Positions 52,079-64,000 of a stretch of 64,000 bases of DNA are shown one piece after another. Source of the DNA: the human T2T-CHM13v2.0 reference genome, Homo sapiens; assembly GCF_009914755.1 (NCBI RefSeq), contig NC_060944.1; one strand, written 5' to 3'. The notes beneath the pieces are model-generated. The model saw nothing but the letters and a program-made list of their open reading frames with translations. It ran no database searches and was not told where the DNA came from. How positions within the stretch are numbered: the first letter of the stretch is position 1; each line of letters starts with the position of its first letter. The position numbers and the translations under genes were made by a program.

Positions 52079-54713
52079 AGACTGATCTTATTTTCTTATA
52101 TATTCTCTCTTTTCTCATATCTTTGACTTAAAAAAATGCTTTCTGGGGGAGTTCTATGTTATAATCACTTTATTTTCTTCAATTATCTTTAAAAAATCAA
52201 GATATCTTTCTTGTTTGATCATTTCTTTATTATATTGTATCTACATTTTAATAGACACAATAATGTCTCATCTCTCTGAATATACAAGTATGGCTTTTTT
52301 GGTATTTTTTTCTCCAGTTTATTTTTTAGAATCTCTGTTTCTGTTAGATTTTCTCAATTTTCTCAATTCTCTGATCACATTTGCATATCTACTCATATGC
52401 AAGTGGTGCTCTAACAAGCGGATTGCTATTTTGTAGGTGAGGAGTGGGGGCAGGCTTGTTGACTAGTGAGATTCACTTTAAGGTAACCAGGTGAGCCAGC
52501 CTTTCCACCAGGGGATCCTCAAGTATCTCTATGAAGCTATTATTCCTGGGGACTGTTCAGCCTCTCCAAATGAGAATCCCAGTGTTCTGTCATGAGGTTG
52601 CAGGTAGGGTTGGTGGTGTAACACTTGGTGACTGGCATTCTGTGAGCAGGGTGGGAAGGGGCCGTGGGGCACATGGCTCATTTGCTTTCATGTCCTTATC
52701 TGTAAACCCAGCTCCTCTCTCCTGTTCTCCTCTCAGGCTTACTCTTTATCCAGAATATTGCATCTTGCTCCTCTAGGGGATTAGGAGGGAGGTAGATCCC
52801 TTAGCTGCTTTGAATGATTGAGGGGATCAGGTATGGGGCAAATTTCCATCTATCTATAGACAAATTCAAACCTATGCCTCCTGCATTTGGACCTGCATCT
52901 GAACCCCACCTTCCATATCAGTATGTGCTATGCCTCTTACAGTTTAGTGGGGGTGAATTGCTCCCTTCTGTCTGGTATTCCTTTTTATAGGCATTTTAGT
53001 TGTGATTTTTCTCAGCTCTGTGAAGTCAGTTATCATCTTTCACCTGCTTCTGTCTTCTAAAAATTTGTTAAAATATTTCATTTACTATTGTCTCCCCTTA
53101 TTTGGGTTTATCTGTTTAAAATATCCTTTACTATACTTTGGTGGGGATTTGGAAAGGCAGTCTTAACTGTTTCCTACATGCTAACGATGATCATCCTTTC
53201 CTGGTCTTCAAGGTCCAAGACCTAGTCTAAACTTCTCTTAGCCTGATTAGTCAAAACTACCTCAATCTTTGGAAACAGCAGGGAAGGATCTGTGACTCTT
53301 TTGTACCCAATGGTCATAGGAGGAACTTTCGGAATAAATCTTTTCCATGGGACTCCTCTGTGAGCCACCAGAGTTTTCCGTGTGAGTGGTGCTTTTCTAT
53401 TGGCTGGCACACGGAGGAAATCCATTTGTACCAGCTCCGGGGCAGCTTAGTGCTTTCACCTTGTAGACTGTCTCAAGTCCTGGGTTGGAGACTGGCCGTG
53501 TCATTATTTAAGATGATGGAGAATTAAGGACAGTTGAGTTTTCTATATTCCTGCTGTTTTTCCTAAACTCTTATTTTAGTAGTTGTCACAATACTCTACA
53601 TCAAGGGTTATTTAGCAGGAAGGTAACCCTCCCCTTCATATTTTCTTGACTTCTATATTGAGTCTCCTTTCTGGGATTCAGATGTGGATTTGGCAATGGT
53701 GGTTCACTCCACTTTGGCAGTTTACTAGAATTCACAAATTCATGACTCAACAGGAGACTAATTGAGATATGCATGTTTTGGAGAGATGTTTCTGAGGTCC
53801 TGGGACAAGGGCCTTATATTTAGATGATTCAAAAGTCTTAATAAAGTTGACCAACACACTTGGGGTTATATGTCTCCAACCAGCAAAACTTTCTCCAGAG
53901 TCAAATTAAAACAGTGTAGTCAGAAAAAAATTGGGCTTCGGGCTTTAGTATTTCTTACAACATCTCATTCAAATTGCCCTTATTCTTTCCACCTGGAAAG
54001 TTATATCTTAAATATCCAGTAAAGAAATGGGGGAAACTCCTCCCACTTTGGTGTGACATTGAGATTATTATATCACGGGAATTTTTTGGAAACTTATGTA
54101 GATGATATGAATATTTTGGTATAGTGAATAAAATAAGGCTGAGAAGCAACCTTCATGTGCTTTTTCCTATTGGGAACTGCATTTTCTTTCTAGTTATGTA
54201 ATTATCTTTCTGTTCTTCATTTACTTAGTTAAACTTTGTAACCTTTAGAAACAAATGTATAAGGAAAAGTAGGGAAATGCTTATATATCTAGTATATGAG
54301 AATAATGATGGGTTTCATCTAAGCATGTTTAAAAATTAATTGAGCAGTATTCCATTAAATATTAAAATCTCTCAAATCTTATTTAAAAATTTATATCATT
54401 TGAACCTATAGCATTTCATAAAGCACAGCATCTTCTGAACATTATGAAGAAGTAGAATGCTCAAATTATGAGGCTTAATTAGCACCCCTCAGAGGATTAC
54501 AAGGTGATGACCAGGATACATAATCACCTTTTTTTTTCTCAGACTGGCCACATATAAGAGGTATATGTGCCTTATTTATTCATTCAGCTAATGATTATTG
54601 AATATCTGCCATGGATACTGAACTAGATTCTGGGGATGCAAAGATAATTAAACTGGAATTTGCCCTGAGGAGTGTACAGTCTAGCCAAGGAGAAAAACAT
54701 ACCCTAATAATTA

Positions 54714-55029
<316 letters not shown>

Positions 55030-55595
55030 ATCACTGGGAAACTTAGAGTGTATTTGAGAAAACAGGCTAGAAGCCACCTGAGAAAGTTGGAGATGACTAT
55101 TCCAGGAGGCGATGCTGAATTGGATCTGAAAGGACTTCACAAGACACTGGGGAGAAGGATAGAAGGTCTCTGTACTGCACAGTACAAATAACATGTGCAA
55201 AGAAAAATAACTGTGGAATGTCCTGACACATTTAAAAAAGAGTGACAGGTTAATATAGCTGAGGTAAAGGGTGTGTGTATGTGAAATTGAAGGAAGTAAA
55301 CAGGAACAAGAATTATGGGACAGAAAGTGGAGGGCCAACTATGTCATCAAAAGAAATTTGGACTCCATTTATGTAGGCTGTCCATGCATTAGGTAGCTAA
55401 TGATCTTGCTAAACAGGAATCTACATGGCCAGACTTGGTTTTAGACAGATTCATTTGGCAGCAGTCAGATGGTCATTCCAGTTGTTCAGATAATATGTGA
55501 GAGTCTGAACTAAGAAGTGATGGAGAGAAAGATACAAACAATATTTAAGAAGGTGAATTATTAGGAGTTGGAAACCAAATGTGGGACAAAGGGAA

Positions 55596-56020
55596 GTGGC
55601 AGATGTGACATTTCTTATGCTATTTCCTTGCCTCATTTCTGATTTCAGCTGCAGCTGTGGTAGGTAGATGGTTTCTGTGCACACTGCAAGTGCAGGGAAC
55701 ACCCAACTCCTGTCCTGCTTCCAGCAACTCTTAGCCACTGAGAAATAAGAATCTGTAAAAAGGCTGCAGCCTCTCACCCTTTAGTGGGAACATCTGGAAG
55801 CTTATTCCACATAGTTCCTTATAAAGTCCTATGTGGAGGTGCACTTCAGTCACCCACAATAGGAATCCACTCAATCACGCCCCCTTTATTGGTTCTTTCT
55901 CTTTCCCTGCCTCATGCTCCTTGCTTTCCCATGCCTGCTTCCTAGGTTTGCTTTCCAAGTAAGCTCTTTGTACTCATTTTCTGGCCTCAGGTTCTACTTT
56001 TGGAAGGACCTACCAAAGTT
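55596..56020 (+). mobile_element. LTR33-family LTR
   Basis: ATTTCAGCTGCAGCTGTGG, CCCCCTTTATTGGTTC and CCTCAGGTTCTACTTTTGG. Confidence 0.55.
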
Positions 56021-58319
56021 GGAGGATTAAAGGATAACTCTAGAATGCATGGCTGGACTAATAGGATGGGCAGGCTCTGCCTAACAAATATTGGAGGAAG
56101 AACAAAGTAGGGGAAGAGTAGGAGGTGGCAGTTGAATTTTGTTCAGAACACATTGAATTTGAGGTGTCTTTGGAATATTTAGCTGAAGCAGAATGATGAG
56201 GAGAAGTGGGGACTTTGTGAGTCATCACCATAAAGGTTGAGGAAGAGAATGAAATCAAGCAAGGGAAGCAACGGCCTAAGGGAGAGGATACAAAATAAGA
56301 AGAGAGGTGGATAGAACCTTGGGGAATAGCAACATTTTAGAGGTGGGCAAAGGCAAAAATTGTGTCATGATCATGATAATTTTGCTAGCCCTAAGGAGTA
56401 CCTGGTTATATAGTAATGCTCAGTAAATATTTGTTCAATGACTGAACCAGAAAAGGGAACTGAATAGAGTGGACAGAAGCCTGGAGAACCAGGAAAACAA
56501 AGGCTGTATGGAAGAGAGAGTGTACAAATGAGAGTTTCAAGTGTCACAACAGGTTCATCTGGGACATTGGCTGAATCTGGTCACAGGGCTGCTTTGCTAG
56601 CCTCAGTGAGGGATGCAACGAAGGCAGGCACAACCAGCAGAGGGTAAGGACCTGAGGAATCAAAGCATCTTGAGGAAGTGAAGATGGAGATTTCAACCAT
56701 TTTTTTTTAAATGATGTTTTCAACACTAATCTAAGCTGGTAGAATAAATTTGGAAAATATAGAGGAATATAAAGTAGAAAATTATGATCACTTAAGATTC
56801 TTTCATCCCTCCTCCATTGCCTCCAAATAAACACTGGTAACCCATTGTGGTATTAGGTTAACAGTACGAGAGATTTGGGGGTGAAAGCCAGTTAAATATT
56901 GGCAATTTTCTACCTAAGGTTCAAAGTATAGTTCTTTGCAGATAGATGACTACTCTCAAGAGGAGGAAGAGCATGTAGGATGGCTTGTGGGGTTTGCAGA
57001 ATCTAGGCAAAGGTTTAAAGTTTTAAATTTAACTTGTGAGCTAATTTTTTTTTTTAGGGTGAGGGCATCTTAACATATTTTTGTAAGCCAAGAAGTGGAA
57101 GGAAGGTTGGTGACAGCTGATGACAATTGCTCACAGGGGTTGAAAAATGCGAACACTGTTTTGCAGTCCATTGATCTGGGTGTGTGCTTTTTCCCAGTCG
57201 TGCTGGGGACTGGGGAAGCTGCTGGGTGGGGATTGCAGTGTGGCTGCTCCTGGAAAAACAGATTCTTGCTGTGGTCGCAGGGATGTAGTGAGCTTTCCTT
57301 TTCTGGGCCTTGCCCTGTACTTGAACCCAAACAGCTTGGACAGAAAACATTCTGAGGCTCTTATCAGGGAAGGAATCACATCTGTAAACAGGCTGTTTGA
57401 AGCAATTTGAGCCTCAACTTCAAGGTAGGAAGCAAGATGCCTTTTGTTTATTTTTGGAGTGGAATTTTGTGACCCAATCTGCAGATAGTTTGCTCCCCCA
57501 TCTGGAATATCATTGGAGAGTCAAGAAACCAGAAGTGGAGTCAGCCTCCAGATGTCTATAGGGAGTCTCCCAGGCCTAGACATTTAAGCTCAGTCACTGT
57601 AGATTTCCTGCAGCACAAAGGAAGCAGCAGAAGGGTCCACAGAAGAATTATAGTACTTGTTTTATTTTTTAAAATAATGGGAAGAGAATTGGTGCCTATC
57701 AAGCCTCTTATTATAGCAAAAAATAAAAAACACTGCCTAAGCCATGACTAGCAAGACTGAAAAAGACTGAAATCCGCTGCATGAATGAAAAATAAATGAC
57801 ATAAAACCCAGAACAATGACCATGAAAGAGAACCAGTGTCTCTCCAGAGAAAGCCCCTATGTTCTCTGCTTATAAAACGTGGACTCTCCTGTCCTTCAGT
57901 CATGAGCTCCAGCTCCTTTCTTCTCAGAAGCTGGAGGCTGGACGAACAGCTGAGCTTCAGCTCTCTGCTGGGTCCATAGGTAGAGCCCCCAGAAGAATCA
58001 CCCCCTACAGCAGAGAAGAAAATCATTATCCCAGGGGTTGGATGACACTGGAGTCCTTCCTTATGACCATTGCTAATGCTGCATAATGGATTTCTTCTAA
58101 TCAGGTCCTTTGGAAACTGCATTTAATTAAGACATTTTGGTAGAAAGTTGCCCATGCATTCTGTTTGCAAGTAAATAGAGGATTTGGGTTAAGGAGTCTC
58201 CATTGTTTATTTTGAATCAAGATCAAGCCAAGCTGCTTTAAAATGTCTTCAGCTTCAGGCATTGGTTACTTCTCCCCTTCTCTCTCTGGTTCTGTGCCTT
58301 TACCTGAGATGTTCCTAAT

Positions 58320-58510
58320 ACTACCACTAACTAATATGGACCCAGCCTTACTGTGTCCCAGGCATTGGGTTAATTGCTTCACACACCTGATTGCATTTTT
58401 TCTTCAGCAATGTTGTAGGTCTGTTTATTATTGCTGATTCATCTATGAAGATACCATGGTTCAAAGAGGATAACTAACTTGCCCAGCATTACATGGTTAG
58501 GGAGAGACAG
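58320..58510 (-). mobile_element. MIR
   Basis: CTTACTGTGTCCCAGGCATTG...GGATAACTAACTTGCCCAG. Confidence 0.6.
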
Positions 58511-59354
58511 AAGCACTTTAAACGCAGGTAATATGATATCATTACCAGGAACTCTTATTAAAATGACCACTTTGTATGTGAACAGAGGGAGGAAGGGGTG
58601 CCCAAGACAGGATATCTCATAGCTCCCATATAACGGTACTTCCTTGAAAATAAACTAAGAGTTTGTTACTTTATTGTAGGATATGAATGACAGACATGTC
58701 CAACAATTCTGGTATGAGTATATCCAACATTTTGCTAGTAATAAAAAGGGTAGGATGCTTAAAGTTGGAAAGAATGCATGGTGGTCTAACTGCCTGAGAT
58801 GATCAAATAAATAAAATTGGTTTCTACTATCTATTTCTATTAAAGACTTCAGAACAAATAATGGCGTCCTCAAAATTTGGGCTTCTTTTCTTTTTCATAT
58901 TAATCTGGATACACTGGAAGGAAATGATTAACATAGTGCCCATCCTTAGGAATTTTATATTTCCAATCATCCATTCACCCAGTTTTAAAGCTAGTACAAA
59001 AACGATGAAAAAAAGCAACTAATTTAGACTCCAAATAGAAAATATGACTGTCTTTCCTTATATTTAAGACCATTTCTCCCCGCTGCAACTTCCTAATCAA
59101 TATGTATTTCAAGACAGCACAACCTGCCCCAGAATAACCATATCTTTAAAAATACAGGTTTTTATTTACCCTGGAGTAGTGGTATGGGTAGTGGACTGTG
59201 AGCCAGGGTATGCACGTTCTAGGTCCTGTTCTGAGGTCATCGCCCTTGTCACTTTAGGTAAACTGCTTAACCTCTCCAGACCTTCTTTACCTGCCTTGAT
59301 TACGTTGGGGCTTTTTCATGTGGAACGTCTGGATGTTGAACAGATTTTTGGATG

Positions 59355-59388
<34 letters not shown>
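59355..59388. repeat. (CA)n microsatellite
   Basis: cacat(ac)14 run. Confidence 0.9.
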
Positions 59389-59391
<3 letters not shown>

Positions 59392-60339
59392 AAAGTTCCG
59401 TGCAAAATCTTAAATGTAGTTGTGAGGCAAGAGAATCCACAGCTTTTCTTAGATTTTCAAAGGCTACGTGACTGTAAAGAGATTGTGAACTTTTGACTTG
59501 AATGATCTATCTCTACGTGTCCTTCCTAGACCAGAAATTTTTCTAATTGTAGTTTGTTAGCAAGCTCAGCTCTGCTCTTAAAGTTTGGCATTTGGATTCT
59601 TTAAAGATTGTGACCATCCCTTTAAAAGTTGTTTTCAAACCATGGAAACAGGTGTGAACCACCCTTGGGTGAGCTGCCACTAAACCTTCACTTCTTGTAC
59701 TTTCCTGGGTCCTGATGAATGAATCGTTTGACTTGAGCATCCAAGGCTCAGCCCAGGAAGCTACTTTGAGGGACATAACCTATTTGTTTGTGGTGAGGTG
59801 TCCATTCCTGGTCTGTAAAGAGGCATTTTTGGAAGGAAGCAAGACACAAAGGCAATCTTAAGTAATGTCTTTTTGACAAAAATGTCAAAAAGAATGGCCA
59901 ACAAATATAAAAACCAACTAGCCAGATTCTGAGGGGGAATTCTAGTACGCTAGGCAGGGAGATTGTGTAGAAAGAAAAGAGCAACAGGTTTGAGAATTTG
60001 TGGGGTTGTCCTCAGGCACTAGGAGTAAACTACCATTATTCTACTGGTGGGAGTTCCCTGATAAAAGAAACATATCTTTAATGAAAAGTTGGTAATCCTT
60101 TTGTGAATAATACTGCATACATGATACTAATTAAAGTCCTTCAACATGTGAACAGACACTGTTTCTGAGGCTGTCACACACATGCAGGGAAAAGGATTTA
60201 CCTTACAAAACAATGTTGCTTTGATAATACCACATCTGCAACCCTAATTGTGCCTTTGTAGCAAGTTGGTTTGGCCATTGGTCATCCTCCACAGCACTGC
60301 AATTTATCCTCCAGGAACACATAGGATTTTATTTTATGG

Positions 60340-61720
60340 TAAATTTGTTATTATTGAAATATAAGATACACACAGAAAAGAGTACAAATCCTAAGTGTAC
60401 ACCTTCATAAATTTCTACAAAGTGACCACTCCCATGAAAACAATACCAAGATCAAGATAAAAAGCATTGCCTAGGTCCCTGTTAGCCTCTCTCCTGCCCT
60501 ACCCTAGCCATTGCTTCAAGGAAAGGTGACTGATATTCTGCCACTTATCCACATAGATTCATTTTGCCTTATTCTGAACCTCATATAAGTGAAACCGTAT
60601 AATAATACTGTTTTGTGTTTGGTTTCCTATCCTGTTTGTGAGTTTCATCTATGATGTTGTATGTATCAATAGTACATCCTTTGTCATTGCTGCATAGTAT
60701 TCTAATACAGCACAGTTATTCATTCTACTGCTGATGAATATTTGGGTTGTTTCTAGTTTGGGGCTATTATGAATAAAGTTTCTGCCAGCATTCTTGCACA
60801 TATATTTTGTTATACTCATTTCTGTTGAGTATAAACATAGGAGTGGAATTTCTGGGTCATAGAGTATGTATATATTTACCTTTAGTGAAAAAGAAAAGAA
60901 TTTTTCAGAGTGGCTGTTCTAATTTACAATTCCTCCCGCAGTGTATAAGGCTTCCTATTGCTCCACATCCTCATTAACACTGAGTACCTTTAGTGACACT
61001 GGTGGGTATGCAATAATATCTTACTGTGGCTTTAATTTGCAATTCTCTGATTTCAAGTGATGCTTAGCAAATCTTTGTATAAATATTGGTCGTTTGGATA
61101 TTCTCTTTTATAAATATCTGTTCAAGTCTACTTTTCATTTTTAGAAATTGTATTATCTTTTACTAGTTGACTTGGAGTTCTTTATATATTATAGAGTAGT
61201 CCTTTCTCATATATATATTGAAAATGTCCGTTTCTAGTTAGTGTCTTCCCTTTACCTGTCTTAATGTTTATCTTTTGGTGACACGTTTTTAATTTTAATG
61301 AAGTCTGATTTATCAATCTTTTACTTTGTGGTTTGAGCTTTTTGTGCCCACCCCAAGAAAATAAATGTTTTTCTGTTAGCTTCAAGAGATTTTACTGTTT
61401 TATCTTTCACATTTAGGCCTATAATCTACATCTATATCTATATCTCCTATATCTATATCTAGTCTGTATCTATCTATGTCCTCCAACTTTATTCTTCTCA
61501 GGATTTCTTTTAGGATTTTTGGTCTTTTACATTTTCTTCTCCATTTTAGAATCAGCATGCCAAATTCCACAAAAAAGCTGCTAAGAACTGTAATTGAACT
61601 TGCACTGACTATACATCGTTTGGAGAGAATTTATATCTTACTGTATTGTGTTTTCCAATCCATGAACCAGGTCTATCTCACTTTTTATTTTGTATTATTT
61701 AATTTCACTCAGTAATATTT
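60340..61720 (-). mobile_element. L1ME/L1MB 3' end
   Basis: TTATTGAAATATAA...CAGAAAAGAGTACAAATC, TTTGGGTTGTTTCTAGTTTGGGGCTATTATGAATAAAG and GGAGTGGAATTTCTGGGTCATAG. Confidence 0.8.
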
Positions 61721-61837
61721 GTAGTTCCCTGAATATTTGTAATATCTAAGTCTGTGACTTATTAGTGTCTAATATAAATTATGTACTGATATAAATTACA
61801 TATAATATGAATTCATATTTTACCACTTCCCTGATCA

Positions 61838-62286
<449 letters not shown>

Positions 62287-62671
62287 TCAAGATATAGAAT
62301 ATTGCCATCACCCTAAATACCTCAGGTGTTTTCCGTGTCCTCTTATGATCAACATTCTTTCTCATCCCAGCCTGGCAACCTCTGATATAATTTTTAAGTT
62401 TTGCTTTTTCCAGATTGTCACCTAGGCAGAATCGAACAGTTACAGAAGTTACACAGTAAAATATTTCTTCCACATACATAATGCAGTTTTTGGATTCGTG
62501 CATGTTGTTGCATGTCTCAGTAGTTCATTCCTTATTAGGACGCAGCAGGATTCCATTGTGTGGGTGCATCTCATTTTGTTTATTCACTCGTTGGTTGATA
62601 GACATTGTTTAAAGTTTTTGTTGATTATTAGTAAAGCTGCTATAAACTTTCTGTAGAGACCTTTTATAGAC

Positions 62672-62967
62672 TTTTTTTTTTTTTTTGAGATGGAGTCTCC
62701 CTCCATTGCCCAGGCTAGAATGCAGTGGTACAATCTTGGCTCCTGCAACCTCCGCCTCCCAGGTTCAAGTGATTCTCTTGCCTCAGCCTCCTGTGTAGCT
62801 AGAATTACAGGCGCCCGCTACCATGCCCGGCTAATTTTTGCATTTTTAGTAGAGACAGGGTTTCACCATGTTGGCCAGGCTGGTCTCAAACTCCTGACCT
62901 CAGGAGATCTGCCCACCTCGGCCTCCCAAAGTGCTGGGATTACTGGCATGAACCATTGTGCCCGGCC
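62672..62967 (-). mobile_element. AluS (Sx-like)
   Basis: Full antisense dimer with a 15-nt poly(T). Confidence 0.95.
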
Positions 62968-62988
62968 AGACCTATGTTTTTGTTTCTC

Positions 62989-63308
62989 TTGCAAAACACA
63001 TATCTGATAAAAATGTTATATCCAGAATAAAGAAAGCACTGTCACCATTCAAAAATAAGAAAATAAACAACTCACTTTAAAATGGGCAAATGATTTGAAC
63101 AGAAACTTCAAAGAAAACATATGGATGGAAATAAGCATGTACAAATAATAATTTTAGTCAATGAAAAATTGCAAATTAAAATCATGCTATATTAGACACT
63201 GATATATACATTTGAATGGCTAAAATTAAAAAATAAAAATGACAAGTTTTTATGAGAATATGTAGCAACTGGAACATTCATACATGGTGGGAATGGAAAA
63301 TGGTACAA
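62989..63308 (+). mobile_element. L1M ORF2 C-terminal segment in inverted orientation
   Basis: TTGCAAAACACATATCTGATAA...AAAATGGGCAAATGATTTGAACAG...GGTGGGAATGGAAAATGGTACAA. Confidence 0.75.
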
Positions 63309-63335
63309 TTTATTTTCATTTATTTTAATAAAATT

Positions 63336-63739
63336 ATATAGTTTGATATTCCCACCCACATATCATGTTGAAATGTAGTCCCCAATGTTGGAGGTGGGGC
63401 CTGGGGTGGGAGGTGTTTCTGTCATGGGGGCAAATTCCTCATGAATGGCTTGGGTCATCCCCTTGGTGATAAGTGAGCTGTCTGTGTTCACACAAGATCT
63501 GATCCTTTAAAAGTGTGTGGCACCTCCCCATTCCCCTTGCTCCTGCTTTTGTCAAGTTAAGTGTCTGTTGCCACTTTGCCTCCCACCATGAGTAAAAGCT
63601 CTCTGAGGCCTCCTCTGAAGAAGATGCTGCTATGCTTCTTGCACAACCTGTTAGAACCATGATCCAATTAAACTTCTTTTCTTATAGATTACCCCAGTCT
63701 CTGGTATTTTTTATAGCAATGCAAGAACAGCCTAATACA
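63336..63739 (+). mobile_element. MSTA/B MaLR solo LTR
   Basis: CCCCAATGTTGGAGGTGGGGCCTGG...TAGCAATGCAAGAACAGCCTAATACA. Confidence 0.85.
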
Positions 63740-64000
63740 GATACCATAATACATTATTATTATTTTTTTACAATTCATATTCATTTGATTTACCCACACA
63801 TTTACAATTTCTATGGCTCCTCATTCCTTCCCATCTTTCTGTGTTTCTGTTTGGGATGATTTTCCTTCTACTTGGACAACTCTCTGCAGTATTTCTATTA
63901 GTGCAAGGCTGCTGGTGACAGATTCTGTCTGGTTTTGGTTACCTTGAAGTCTATTTATTTCACCTTCACTTTCATAGAATATTTTCTCTGTGTGTATAAA

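Noticed and set aside
52080-53170. Possible old L1M 5'-region relic
   Set aside because: Composition is suggestive but too diverged to assign boundaries or family by eye.
53310-53430. Cluster of NF-kB/NFAT/CCAAT-like words
   Set aside because: All are partial matches of short motifs expected by chance.
57748-58122. 124-aa minus-strand ORF and the overlapping ORF cluster at 57054-57410
   Set aside because: No homology recognisable; locally higher GC lowers stop frequency in several frames at once.

Overview
This is primate (human-like) euchromatic DNA. It is AT-rich, CpG-depleted and has no CpG island. It is dominated by interspersed repeats: 13 Alus (AluJ/S/Y), many L1 fragments (L1PA to L1ME), L2/MIR relics, about 20 solo LTRs (MaLR, ERV1, ERVL) and DNA-transposon fossils (Tigger1, MER63, MER58, MER5). 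I cannot support any protein-coding gene, RNA gene or novel gene system. The listed ORFs are short and are either repeat-derived (Alu antisense, L1 ORF2 remnants) or look like chance. The window is intergenic or deep intronic. The most notable content is mutational scars readable from the sequence: (1) a nested MER58>L1MA>composite insert that looks like an L1 3' transduction and holds a near-perfect 47-bp x4 minisatellite; (2) a 119-bp, ~97% identical local templated duplication 3660 bp apart; (3) a template-switch scar with a perfect 20-bp hairpin around an AluY; (4) two 5'-inverted (twin-primed) L1s; (5) two further candidate 3' transductions; (6) a MER41 LTR with altered GAS motifs; (7) weak candidates for a micro-exon and a TATA promoter. 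Repeat family names were assigned from memory of consensus sequences and need RepeatMasker/Dfam confirmation. Ends without a stated TSD are approximate.
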